Source: Priapulus caudatus | Lineage: Eukaryota | DNA length: 64,000 nt | Assembly (NCBI RefSeq): GCF_000485595.1 | Contig: NW_014577088.1 | Coordinates: 796,876-860,875 of the forward strand | Direction of reading: 5' to 3' | The notes under the pieces: generated by a model | What the model was told of the DNA's origin: nothing | Database searches by the model: none | What the model saw: the letters and a program-made list of their open reading frames with translations, nothing else | Shown here: piece by piece, positions 56,501 through 64,000 of the stretch | Layout: every line of letters starts with the position of its first letter | How positions within the stretch are numbered: position 1 is the first letter of the stretch | Program-made: the position numbers and the translations under genes

Positions 56501-58574
56501 TCGCTTCCTATTTTGAGAGCGCCTTCTCCCTAGACGTATGCATTTCGTACGAAATAAGCGTGGCTATATGACACGGCTTTTTATACGTGCTACGAAATCC
56601 GTGCGCGTGCAGGCATAACGTAAGGAACGAAGATAAGTGTATCAAAATGCACTATATGTTTTTGACACACCGTGCGACGATGTGTGACGTCCAGCGAACG
56701 CGAGTGGCAAATGGGAGAAATGTCTTTCGACGCGTGTAAACAGTATTTAAGAGGGTTGGGACATAATTTACGCGGCGGGCTCGCATGATCTCCCACTCAT
56801 GAATAAAATAAAAGACGTCATTTCTGCGCGTGTCAATACGGCAGTCCGGCGGAATTCCTACACGTGGACCGCAGAGGGCGATCAATGGCGTAGAATGTGT
56901 CTTGGGGTACGAGAGTGTAATAAGGGAATTAGTTGGGATTATGTGAACCCTGCAGCATCATGAGTGGATGCACGCATACACACTTAACCCTTAGCAATAC
57001 TGCGACCACGAGACGCCAGCATTATGGTGTCCCCTTATAGGCTCTACCTCTCATTACTCAAACGCAAACACATGCGGCGACACTATGCGAAATGCATTGG
57101 AAGCAGCCACGGTCGTTTGCACGCGAGCGCGGCCACAACTTACATGTCCCTGAAGATCTGATGAAGCTCCGCTCTGCCGGTGAGGTGCTTATAAAACATG
57201 AAGAATGCATCGAACGTGAATTTCTCCACCGCGATGGAGTCAATCTGTGAACGACAAGCGTGGGAAATGATCACGCGATGCGTAATAGGCTAGCTAATGT
57301 GTGTGGGGGGAAGGAAGGGGGGGGGGCGATGCAGCGGGCTTTCTTTTTATCTGCCTGCCGACGCGTATTGCAGCTTAAAACGAGGCCGTAATGAAAGCCA
57401 ACATGCGCATGAATGCCAGCTGCTCTCACGCCTGAATGCTGCCAGACTCTCTCGCGCGTGCCTGCCTAGGCAACCGACTATCCCGAGCCTGCGCTTGGTA
57501 ACCTTTTCAATCACCGATGCTAGGCAACTCCCCTTGCTCTCACCCAAGCTAGGCTTCATCCGGCTCTTTCAAACCATAATGCATTCGCATTCCTTTGTGC
57601 AACGTAGCTTTCCGCTATACATACTCCTCTAGAGAGCTAGACAGCCTAGTCTCGTTATCAAGCTAGTATAGGTCAGCCAATTTTAATGTGTTATCTTCTC
57701 CTCATCCCGAATTAAGAAGCCCTATTAACCCATCTTTTTTACCATTGCAAGCTTTTCACCCTGTTCCAAAAGAAATCACATTCTTCTTTAACAATGGTAG
57801 GAAACGTTGTCTGTATCAGGCGCTAGGTGCTTGACTTATAACCCCGATCCACGTTATACATTTCTACATTCTATACCAAGCCAGGCTATTCTCTCCTTAG
57901 CCATAGATAACTTTCGCCCTCCCCGGAAATAGGCACGTCTCTAAACCACCGTTTGCGATGTGATCTTCTGCTGCTACTGCACTAAGGTAACATCATCCTC
58001 TCTGCATAGCTGAAAGATTTTGCTGAAACTGTTTAGTGGAATTTTCTATATATTGTCTTTTCATAGCACAATTACCTAGATTCTCGAGTTTCTCAAAATC
58101 CCGTCAAAGTTTTTGTTCTGCTGCTACGATCGAAGCCAGTATTGTAGCATGGTTTGATGAACTATTTAATGTAAACATTTCTAACGTAATCTTAAACGTA
58201 AATGAAAAAAAGATCTCTGTTATATGAGAATTTTCAATTACATGTGCAGTACTGTAACTACGATCCAGTCGTTAAAACGACCAGCGACACCAATTGAGAA
58301 TCCAGGGAATAATAGAAATGCTATAAAATGTATTACTGTTAAATATTAAGTACACATGAAACATGCTAGAAAAAGTACTAAAAGCTTTTGAAATACAATG
58401 AAACGTCTCTAATGCAGCACTGCACTCGCGATCTAAACATATTCCCATTCAACATCCATAAATTAGAATGTTTTATTAAATGCATGGTCAAATGAAAGGT
58501 CGAATATTTGATATTTATATCAAGGATACTTAAACGATAGATGGGTAAAAGAGAGAGCGAGAGTGTGACACAGA

Positions 58575-58620
<46 letters not shown>

Positions 58621-59003
58621 AGAGAGATGAGGAGTATGAGAAAAGAGAGAGAGAGAGCTGGAGAGAGAGAGAGTAGGGTTGATTGTGATTCGAGGAGAAT
58701 GGGAGGATTAGATGAGTGAGAGAATAGATTATGATATAAATAGGAGAGAGAGATAGAAAAATAGAGAGAGAGAGAGGATATTGAGAGGGGGAAAAGAGAG
58801 AAAGAGTGAGGAGGTCTGAAAGAAATACATATATATTATTATGATCAGAGAGAGAGAGAAGGATTTAAGGCGGAGAGTGAAGGAGAGAGGAGCAGATAGA
58901 GAGGTAGAGAGAGACGAGAGTGAGAGAGGAGAAGAACAGAAAGACGAGACGAGAGAGAAGACTGAGAAGAGAAAGAGAGAGAGAGAGAGATGAGAACGAG
59001 GAC

Positions 59004-59034
<31 letters not shown>

Positions 59035-62000
59035 TGAGGAAGAGAGCGGGCGTGCGAGAGATAGCGAATAGACATATGAGAGAGAGATATATAGATCAAG
59101 GGAGAGGGAGAGAGGGAGAGAGGGAGAGAAAGAGAGAGAAGAGACCCGAGTTTTTTCTCCACATTTACCTTTCCAGCAGGGAGTCCTGCTTGCTCTAGGG
59201 CCTTTTCAACCCTTTTCTTGTCGTCCTTATGCTGCGCGAACATACGCACAATGCTGCAGAGAAAAGCAGAAATGCCAGCATTAAATGACACAGCGTGGTG
59301 TAGACAATGCACTCAAGTTGGTTGGCCCACCTGCAAATATTGATTGCTGTTTAATAACGCTTTCACCCAAGTAGAAGCCCTTCTCCGTCACAGAGCAAAT
59401 AGCATCCTTTTCAGACTAACAAACTAAATAGTAGCTGGTATTCAATTGTACTGCATGGACACACTAGACGACCATCTATAGCATCATTTTCAGACTAACA
59501 AACTAAATAGTAGCTGGCAATCAATTCTACTGCATGGACACACTAGACGACCACTCCTGCGAAACTTACAGCAAACACAGAATATTCGCTTGAGATACCC
59601 ACCACAAACATTGCTAAATTAGATGCATTGTGTCCTAGTACTACCACCCAAGATACCTATGCACGCATTGTGACTCGCTTCGTGCCCGCATTTTTAGCAA
59701 AACGTTTATCCAATTGCACAGTGCAACTATATGGTTGTAAAACAGCAATTATTTTGTTAACAGTTTTCATTCTGCCCTCTGAGAGTAACTTTTTGCATTT
59801 ACAGTGCCCCATGCCAAATTTGCAATCATGCAAATTGCTGCATTGTACCAGCATGGCATTAATTGAGTTCTGGTTCAGTCAGTACCATTCATTAAAAACT
59901 ACCTTAACTCTTAAATCTTAAAAAAGAGTTGTGTAGAGACGCTACCACAAGGTTAATTTAAATACAGCATTTTATTGCAGAACTATAATGGAACGATCTG
60001 TTAATCGAGATTCATTGGGTACACTCTGACCGATAATTACTAAATTTCATCAACGCATGATCCTGGATACTGACAGTGGTGATTGCTACAGTAACACCGT
60101 ACTAACACGACTAGACAAATGCACACAAAAATGCAGATAAATGAAGCCGAAAATCCATATGGAATTAGTATATTATCTTCAATCAAAGAAGATTCCGCAT
60201 TGCTGAGCTTCAGTATATTCTAGGAATCTTGTTAGACGAAATGTAACATTGACTGTTCCCTGCATCGATGAGCACAGGCAATCATAAATAATTGCTGACT
60301 TCTTCCTTTAGCCACTCAGAACCTAGTTCATACACAAGTATATCAAACAAGTGCCGCGGAGCGACAGCACTCATCTCACGTCTACTGCGGTGACTCTGTG
60401 GTGGAGTGGTGGGATTCTATAGTAAACCCTGTTAGTCCCAAATGTGTTCACATACGCGCCGAAACAGTGGAAGGTATCAGAAACCTTCTCGAAGGAATGT
60501 TCGTTGGGATCGTTATGAAAGCTGCCACGAGATGGCGCGTACGTCTAAGTGTCTTAAGATTAAAGATGGAAGCTCCCATCGTACGTAGTAGCAACAACTA
60601 TTTGCAAGACAGAATAGGTAAGCACTCATCTATTTACCTACGCAAGCCTACAGGCTGAAATAGAGAGCTGCCACCTGTAACTAATTAATGCAGGCAAAAA
60701 CTACACAGTACTATCACCACCACATGCACTGGCAGTGGCTGTAAGTTACATGTAACACACTGACAGTACAGAATGCCATAGAAATTATACGATTTAAAGA
60801 GCATAAACCTTCTTCAACCAAATTTAGCTTTTGAAATTAGACTGTGACATTGTAGCCTCATACATCCAGGCATGTATAGATTCTACTAGCAAACCCGGCA
60901 GTCAAATTCTTTCTAACAGTAAACAAATCCATGTTTAACCCTCCTCTTGAAGGTCAAAAGGTTATCTGACACTTACTCTTCGCACGTCAGCGGAAAGTAC
61001 ATTTCATGGTCCTTTCAATAAAGCCATAAAACTGGTAGGTCACCGCTGAAACAATAAAGTTTTCCAATCGCTCCGTCAGACCATGTCCTCAGAAAATGTC
61101 TAAAATCTGCCCTGTGCCCCATTGACCTTTGACCTGTGACCTCCAATTTCGGCACAGTGATGGCTTTTCCTACCATGATGCTATACACCGACTATCACGA
61201 GCCTAGGTCGAGCCGTTTAGATTTGTGCCGCAATTCTGCATTTCCTCCCTATACCTTAAGTTAAGGAGGGAATGTTCCCCCTTCTTTTACACCTCTTGAC
61301 CTTTGAACTTTGACCCCCAGCTTCGACATCCCAACTCGTTTTCCGGAACCCCCCCCCCCCGTCCCGACTTTCGAATCCGTACGTCGAGCCGTTTAGATTT
61401 GTGCCCAACTGTTGACAGACACACGGACGCATGGACGCACGCTCATGCGATTCTACAAGCTGCATCTGACTATGTCAGATGAGCTAATAAATACTAATCG
61501 GCGCTTAACAATCTAACTCGGGACACTCGTTAAAACATGCGAACATACATGAACATGCATTTACACCATTAAAGTGAGCTCTCTTTTATCATGATAAATA
61601 CAAGACATGTTTCCTTCCCAAACCATCTCCCATGCGCATATATACTAACACAACGACTACACTAGCTTACTTTCTGACTGGCACTCGGTTCTCTGCATTG
61701 GCTAGGGTGCACAGCTTCGTGTGAGCCTTGTCAAGCAGATGCATCGTGTTTCCGTTATTTCCAAGCAAACTGTGGGCCATCTTGAAGATTTCAATGGCCC
61801 ATTCCTGCAGAGGGAGAGAGAGAGTGTGTGAGGAAAATGAGATGTCGCGAACTATCGTCTGCATCTTGTTCCTATGGCAACCGTTCGCCACCATTACCAG
61901 CATAATAGCCCTCATGACCTATACATAGCACCAAGAGTAGATAATAGGGAAGGAGTGTGACTTCAATAAACAAAAGAAATTCGTCCTTTACTAGACTTAG

Positions 62001-63307
62001 AATACCTACGATTTACTGCATGCGCGTAACTCAACCAACTTGAGCTCAAATCGTACACAGTACATTCGCCTAGCATCGTGCGAAATCGTTTCCTCGTATA
62101 CACCCGCAATCCAGAGATACAGACTAAAACGTACGACACGATTTCCATTATGTTGCCAGCAAACTGAATGTGTAAACCGCCTAAATCGAAACAAAAGACA
62201 GCTGTAAATAGGTAAAAGATTAGCTCAGCGAGCCACACCGCATCGCCGAGGGCGCAAGAGTCGTTAGTAGCTGCCTTTTGTTTCGAGTTAGGCGGTTTAC
62301 ACATTCAGTTTGCTGGCAACATAATGGAAAATCGTGTCGTACGTTTTAGTCTGTATCTCCGGATTGCGGGTGTATACGAGGAAACGATTTCGCACGATGC
62401 TAGGCGAATATACTGTGTACGATTTGAGCTCAAGTTGGTTGAGTTACGTGTAGTAAATCGTAGGTATTCTAAGGCTAGTAAATGACGCATTTCCCTTGTT
62501 TATTAAAGTCACACTCCTTCCCTATTATCTACTTCTGATAGCACTGAAGCAAAAAAGCAACAAAATCATTTTTAAAGAAAGATAATGATACACACCAGGT
62601 AAAAGCAATACGGAATTATGGATATTCAAACATTCGATACTCAATTTTGTCATAAATATTTGGTGTGGGCATGTATTGTTCACAACACGTACAATGAGTT
62701 GTTTTACATTAAATGTTCTATATCATAAAGCTTTCAGCTAAAGTAGGTGTCCTGCTTTCAATGCCAAGGCACACATGCATATTTGCAGGGAAACGTTGTC
62801 ATGAACATCGCGAAGTTAAGACTAATGTTGAGACTAATTTGGTTCCTGATAATTTGCTAAAGAACAATCTATCATTTCAATCTATGAACTGCCTATAAGA
62901 AATAATCGTAGGCCTATGCACATATTATACAAACATGTATGCACGCACGCACCGATCCACGCGCGCACGAACACGTCCACACGCGCACAATAATTATATT
63001 CTGTGATTATGCAGAAAATACGGAAGTTAATTATTCCAAAAGCAAACTCAATATTACAGGCTTCGCAACGATTATCATAATTACTCCATAAACGCTGTCC
63101 CCCGGAATTCAGCCACAGTGTACGTGACGTGCACCAGTATATATACTTTGCACTACACGCGCCTACCTTGGCAGTCTCCTTCGAATTGCTGACAAAATTG
63201 ATGAAGTCGACATTGACAAAATCAGGTCCATGAACGATGGTGACAGTCTTGTCTTCGATAGGCAAGTCCGTGGAACCCATGTTGCACGTGTCCCGTAATT
63301 TAGAGTC
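26072..63307 (-). CDS. PLCB: 1-phosphatidylinositol 4,5-bisphosphate phosphodiesterase beta (phospholipase C-beta, Plc21C/PLCB1-3-like); 28 exons visible, 5' end of the PH domain beyond the window
   Basis: Domains occur in order: PH, EF hands, X box ([36 protein letters not shown]), acidic X-Y linker, Y box ([18 protein letters not shown]), C2, helix-turn-helix (ALANPIAY), coiled-coil CTD; exon lengths sum to 3498 nt with consistent phases. Confidence 0.96.
26477..26563 (-). CDS. PLCB: PLC-beta exon (distal CTD)
   Basis: [29 protein letters not shown]; phase 0-0, donor gtaaga (an alternative in-frame donor would end the exon at 26462). Confidence 0.8.
26926..27079 (-). CDS. PLCB: PLC-beta exon (distal CTD)
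   Basis: [51 protein letters not shown]; phase 2-0. Confidence 0.9.
27152..27499 (-). mobile_element. Non-autonomous TTAA-flanked DNA transposon, family B
   Basis: ttaa|attgactacgtcac...gtgacgtaatcact|ttaa; reverse complement of 10276-10620. Confidence 0.8.
27796..27872 (-). CDS. PLCB: PLC-beta exon (distal CTD)
   Basis: [26 protein letters not shown]; phase 0-2. Confidence 0.85.
28329..28497 (-). CDS. PLCB: PLC-beta exon (distal CTD)
   Basis: [56 protein letters not shown]; phase 2-0. Confidence 0.85.
28645..28775 (-). CDS. PLCB: PLC-beta exon (distal CTD coiled coil)
   Basis: [43 protein letters not shown]; phase 0-2, donor gtaagt. Confidence 0.85.
29043..29158 (-). CDS. PLCB: PLC-beta exon (distal CTD)
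   Basis: [39 protein letters not shown]; phase 1-0. Confidence 0.85.
29482..29559 (-). CDS. PLCB: PLC-beta exon (CTD linker)
   Basis: [26 protein letters not shown]; phase 1-1, donor gtaaga. Confidence 0.75.
29779..29980 (-). CDS. PLCB: PLC-beta exon (CTD linker)
   Basis: [19 protein letters not shown]...EGQVAAPA; cag|...G|gtatga, phase 0-1. Confidence 0.8.
30420..31134 (+). mobile_element. Non-autonomous Helitron containing a tRNA-like segment and a (GGGAT)n array
   Basis: a|TCTATATATATAAAG 5' end; 3' hairpin cccgggcaacgccggg followed by CTAG|t; inserted between A and T. Confidence 0.8.
31185..31309 (-). CDS. PLCB: PLC-beta exon (proximal CTD, Galpha-q-binding helix-turn-helix)
   Basis: [42 protein letters not shown]; phase 1-0. 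Confidence 0.92.
32262..32425. mobile_element. hAT-like MITE with a 5-bp TSD (GAGTC)
   Basis: gagtc|cagtggcggatccag...ctggatctgccattg|gagtc. Confidence 0.8.
33079..33129 (-). CDS. Candidate alternative PLC-beta exon encoding a second helix-turn-helix (Galpha-q-binding-like) motif
   Basis: ttatctttcag|GA TAT GTA AGA CGG CTT GAA AAC CCT CTG CTT TTC CAG AAG ATG CGT AAT G|gtatga = [17 protein letters not shown]; its phase matches the upstream exon. Confidence 0.55.
33992..34199 (-). CDS. PLCB: PLC-beta exon (C2 end)
   Basis: [69 protein letters not shown]; phase 0-1. Confidence 0.95.
34584..34748 (-). CDS. PLCB: PLC-beta exon (C2)
   Basis: [55 protein letters not shown]; phase 0-0. Confidence 0.95.
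35076..35230 (-). CDS. PLCB: PLC-beta exon (Y-box end/C2 start)
   Basis: [52 protein letters not shown]; phase 1-0. Confidence 0.95.
35327..35565. mobile_element. MITE with GGG..CCC termini, about 40-bp TIR, 3-bp TSD (AAG) and an internal TTAGGG array
   Basis: aag|gggtcattgtcgtatag...ctatacgacaacgaccc|aag. Confidence 0.8.
36254..36378 (-). CDS. PLCB: PLC-beta exon (Y box)
   Basis: [41 protein letters not shown]; phase 2-1. Confidence 0.95.
36899..36983 (-). CDS. PLCB: PLC-beta exon (Y box)
   Basis: [28 protein letters not shown]; phase 1-2. Confidence 0.93.
37341..37511 (-). CDS. PLCB: PLC-beta exon (acidic linker/Y-box start)
   Basis: [57 protein letters not shown]; phase 1-1. Confidence 0.92.
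37712..38173 (-). mobile_element. Non-autonomous TTAA-flanked DNA transposon, family A (Kolobok-like)
   Basis: ttaa|ggaggtgtacaacagta...tactgttgttcaacacc|ttaa. Confidence 0.85.
38693..39159 (-). mobile_element. Non-autonomous TTAA-flanked DNA transposon, family A, near-identical to the 37712 copy
   Basis: Same termini and TTAA flanks, different outer flanks. Confidence 0.85.
39350..39424 (-). CDS. PLCB: PLC-beta small X-Y linker exon
   Basis: tag|GG CCA...TTC G|gtaagc; [25 protein letters not shown]; phase 1-1. Confidence 0.7.
42052..42105 (-). CDS. PLCB: PLC-beta small X-Y linker exon
   Basis: cag|AA CCA...AGT G|gtgagt; [18 protein letters not shown]; phase 1-1. Confidence 0.7.
42663..42753 (-). 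CDS. PLCB: PLC-beta exon (X-box end)
   Basis: [30 protein letters not shown]; phase 0-1. Confidence 0.9.
42810..43050. repeat. Imperfect (CAG)n-rich repeat with an internal duplication, just upstream of a PLC acceptor site
   Basis: Direct reading. Confidence 0.8.
45508..47102. mobile_element. Composite non-autonomous TIR element (Tc1/mariner-like termini) with an internal foldback and about 190-bp tandem units
   Basis: tagtcaggtcccttag...ctaagggacctgacta, imperfect IR extending about 150 bp; inner IR about 45638-45805 / 46165-46310. Confidence 0.7.
48098..48560. repeat. Satellite, 88-bp unit, at least 5 copies, running into an N gap
   Basis: taagacaaaacatagtcaacattattgattagtagacaggaaaatg... 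at 48098, 48186, 48274, 48362, 48450, 48538. Confidence 0.95.
48805..48892 (-). CDS. PLCB: PLC-beta exon (X box)
   Basis: [29 protein letters not shown]; cag|...|gtaagt, phase 2-0. Confidence 0.92.
49784..49860 (-). CDS. PLCB: PLC-beta exon (X box)
   Basis: [25 protein letters not shown]; phase 0-2. Confidence 0.93.
50050..50198 (-). CDS. PLCB: PLC-beta exon (X box, catalytic residues)
   Basis: [50 protein letters not shown]; phase 1-0. Confidence 0.95.
51913..52054. repeat. Near-perfect palindrome of about 140 bp
   Basis: gggttaatttttactcaaccgtgaagatt...gacgtttcgcctc / gaggcgaaacgtc...aatcttcacggttgagtaaaaattaaccc. Confidence 0.9.
52834..52980 (-). CDS. PLCB: PLC-beta exon (EF4/X-box start)
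   Basis: [49 protein letters not shown]; phase 1-1. Confidence 0.95.
53683..53849 (-). CDS. PLCB: PLC-beta exon (EF hand)
   Basis: [55 protein letters not shown]; phase 2-1. Confidence 0.93.
54405..54928 (-). mobile_element. HINE/DINE-1-like (Helentron-associated) element with an internal inverted repeat of about 185 bp
   Basis: Minus-strand start ttattgtatcccccgcgacgaagtcggcgggggg (terminal hairpin); IR arms 54421-54603 / 54622-54806. Confidence 0.55.
57144..57244 (-). CDS. PLCB: PLC-beta exon (EF hand)
   Basis: [33 protein letters not shown]; cag|...|gtaag, phase 0-2. Confidence 0.9.
59169..59253 (-). CDS. PLCB: PLC-beta exon (EF hand)
   Basis: (N)[28 protein letters not shown]; phase 2-0. 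Confidence 0.9.
60884..61490 (-). mobile_element. HINE/DINE-1-like non-autonomous element
   Basis: Minus-strand start tttattagctcatctgacatagtcagatgcagct (hairpin), then cgtcc/gtct microsatellite-like units and ggtcaaaggtca motifs. Confidence 0.55.
61671..61804 (-). CDS. PLCB: PLC-beta exon (PH end/EF start)
   Basis: [44 protein letters not shown]; cag|...|gtaag, phase 0-2. Confidence 0.9.
61932..62537. mobile_element. Foldback element with arms of about 270 bp, CA..TG termini and a 7-bp TSD (ATAGCAC); P/Galileo-like architecture
   Basis: atagcac|caagagtagataataggg...ccctattatctacttctg|atagcac. Confidence 0.85.
63167..63307 (-). CDS. PLCB: PLC-beta exon (PH domain)
   Basis: [47 protein letters not shown]; tag|...|gtaggc, phase 0-0. 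Confidence 0.9.
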
Positions 63308-64000
63308 CTACAAAAAAAGCAATGACCTCATGCAACATGCATGTGACTCGCACCCTAGCAGCGGAAATACGCGTAACTGGCAGCGACGATTTTTATCACA
63401 ATTAACGAAGACAGATAAGATTAGTGTCACTGTCGTCGCTGTCCGACTCGATTAGTGTCACCAGATAACGCGACACGCGCGCCGCTACCAGAAACAAAAA
63501 AAACGTCACGTGCGCGATTTTCATCTGTTCGCCATCGGCTAATGAAAACAGATGACGCCATTTGCACCAAGTCAGATTAGTGCAACCACGAATCGTAAAA
63601 CCGATGGCGACACGTCAACGGTTTGTCTGCGAAGCCAGAGATGGCGAGGAGAGTCATATGGGCAGGCAGCGGTGACCCGCGCGTATTAATTGACGCCTCG
63701 AATCGATTTACCATTAAGCAAACTGTATACGCGATGGCAAGAATGATTTTTTTAATGACGCATTTCAACCGTCAACACGCGGTTAGCGGCTTGTGAGTGT
63801 CGGAGCATGTGCTCCGCACTGAGACGAGCATCAGTGCAGCGCCGATGCACGGGGAGCCCAGAGCATGAAATTAGCCAAAATGTGAACAGGCCCACCCAAA
63901 ATTTTAAGCAGGCCTTTAGACAAATGGAACAGGCCCTTGCAAGTTTGAACAGGCCCATAATTATATTCGATTTATTCCAAAAGTATTAGCTTTGTGTTTA

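Overview
Animal (invertebrate) genomic DNA, intron-rich and full of microsatellites, with N gaps. It holds two convergent, 5'-incomplete, multi-exon genes. (1) On the + strand is a class A neuropeptide GPCR of the neuromedin-U/pyrokinin/CAPA (PRXamide) receptor group, with exons at 2941-3456, 15682-15817 and 17633-17883. The middle TM6-TM7 exon is missed by the ORF track and carries a 1-bp insertion that is probably a sequencing error. (2) On the - strand is a phospholipase C-beta (Plc21C/PLCB1-3 type), which I could thread by hand through 28 phase-consistent GT-AG exons (63307 down to 26072; 1165 codons plus stop, ending in a PDZ-type motif STKL). The most interesting observation is an unannotated candidate exon in the PLC-beta intron after the C2 domain (33079-33129). 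It encodes a second, diverged copy of the Galpha-q-binding helix-turn-helix motif and could yield tandem, swapped or C-terminally truncated isoforms. The introns hold many non-autonomous DNA elements: TTAA-flanked Kolobok-like elements, CA..TG foldbacks with 7-bp target-site duplications (TSDs) ranging from 40 to 606 bp, GGG..CCC MITEs carrying TTAGGG arrays, a Helitron with a tRNA-like insert, HINE-like elements and a hAT-like MITE with a 5-bp TSD. All calls are by eye; no database search was run.
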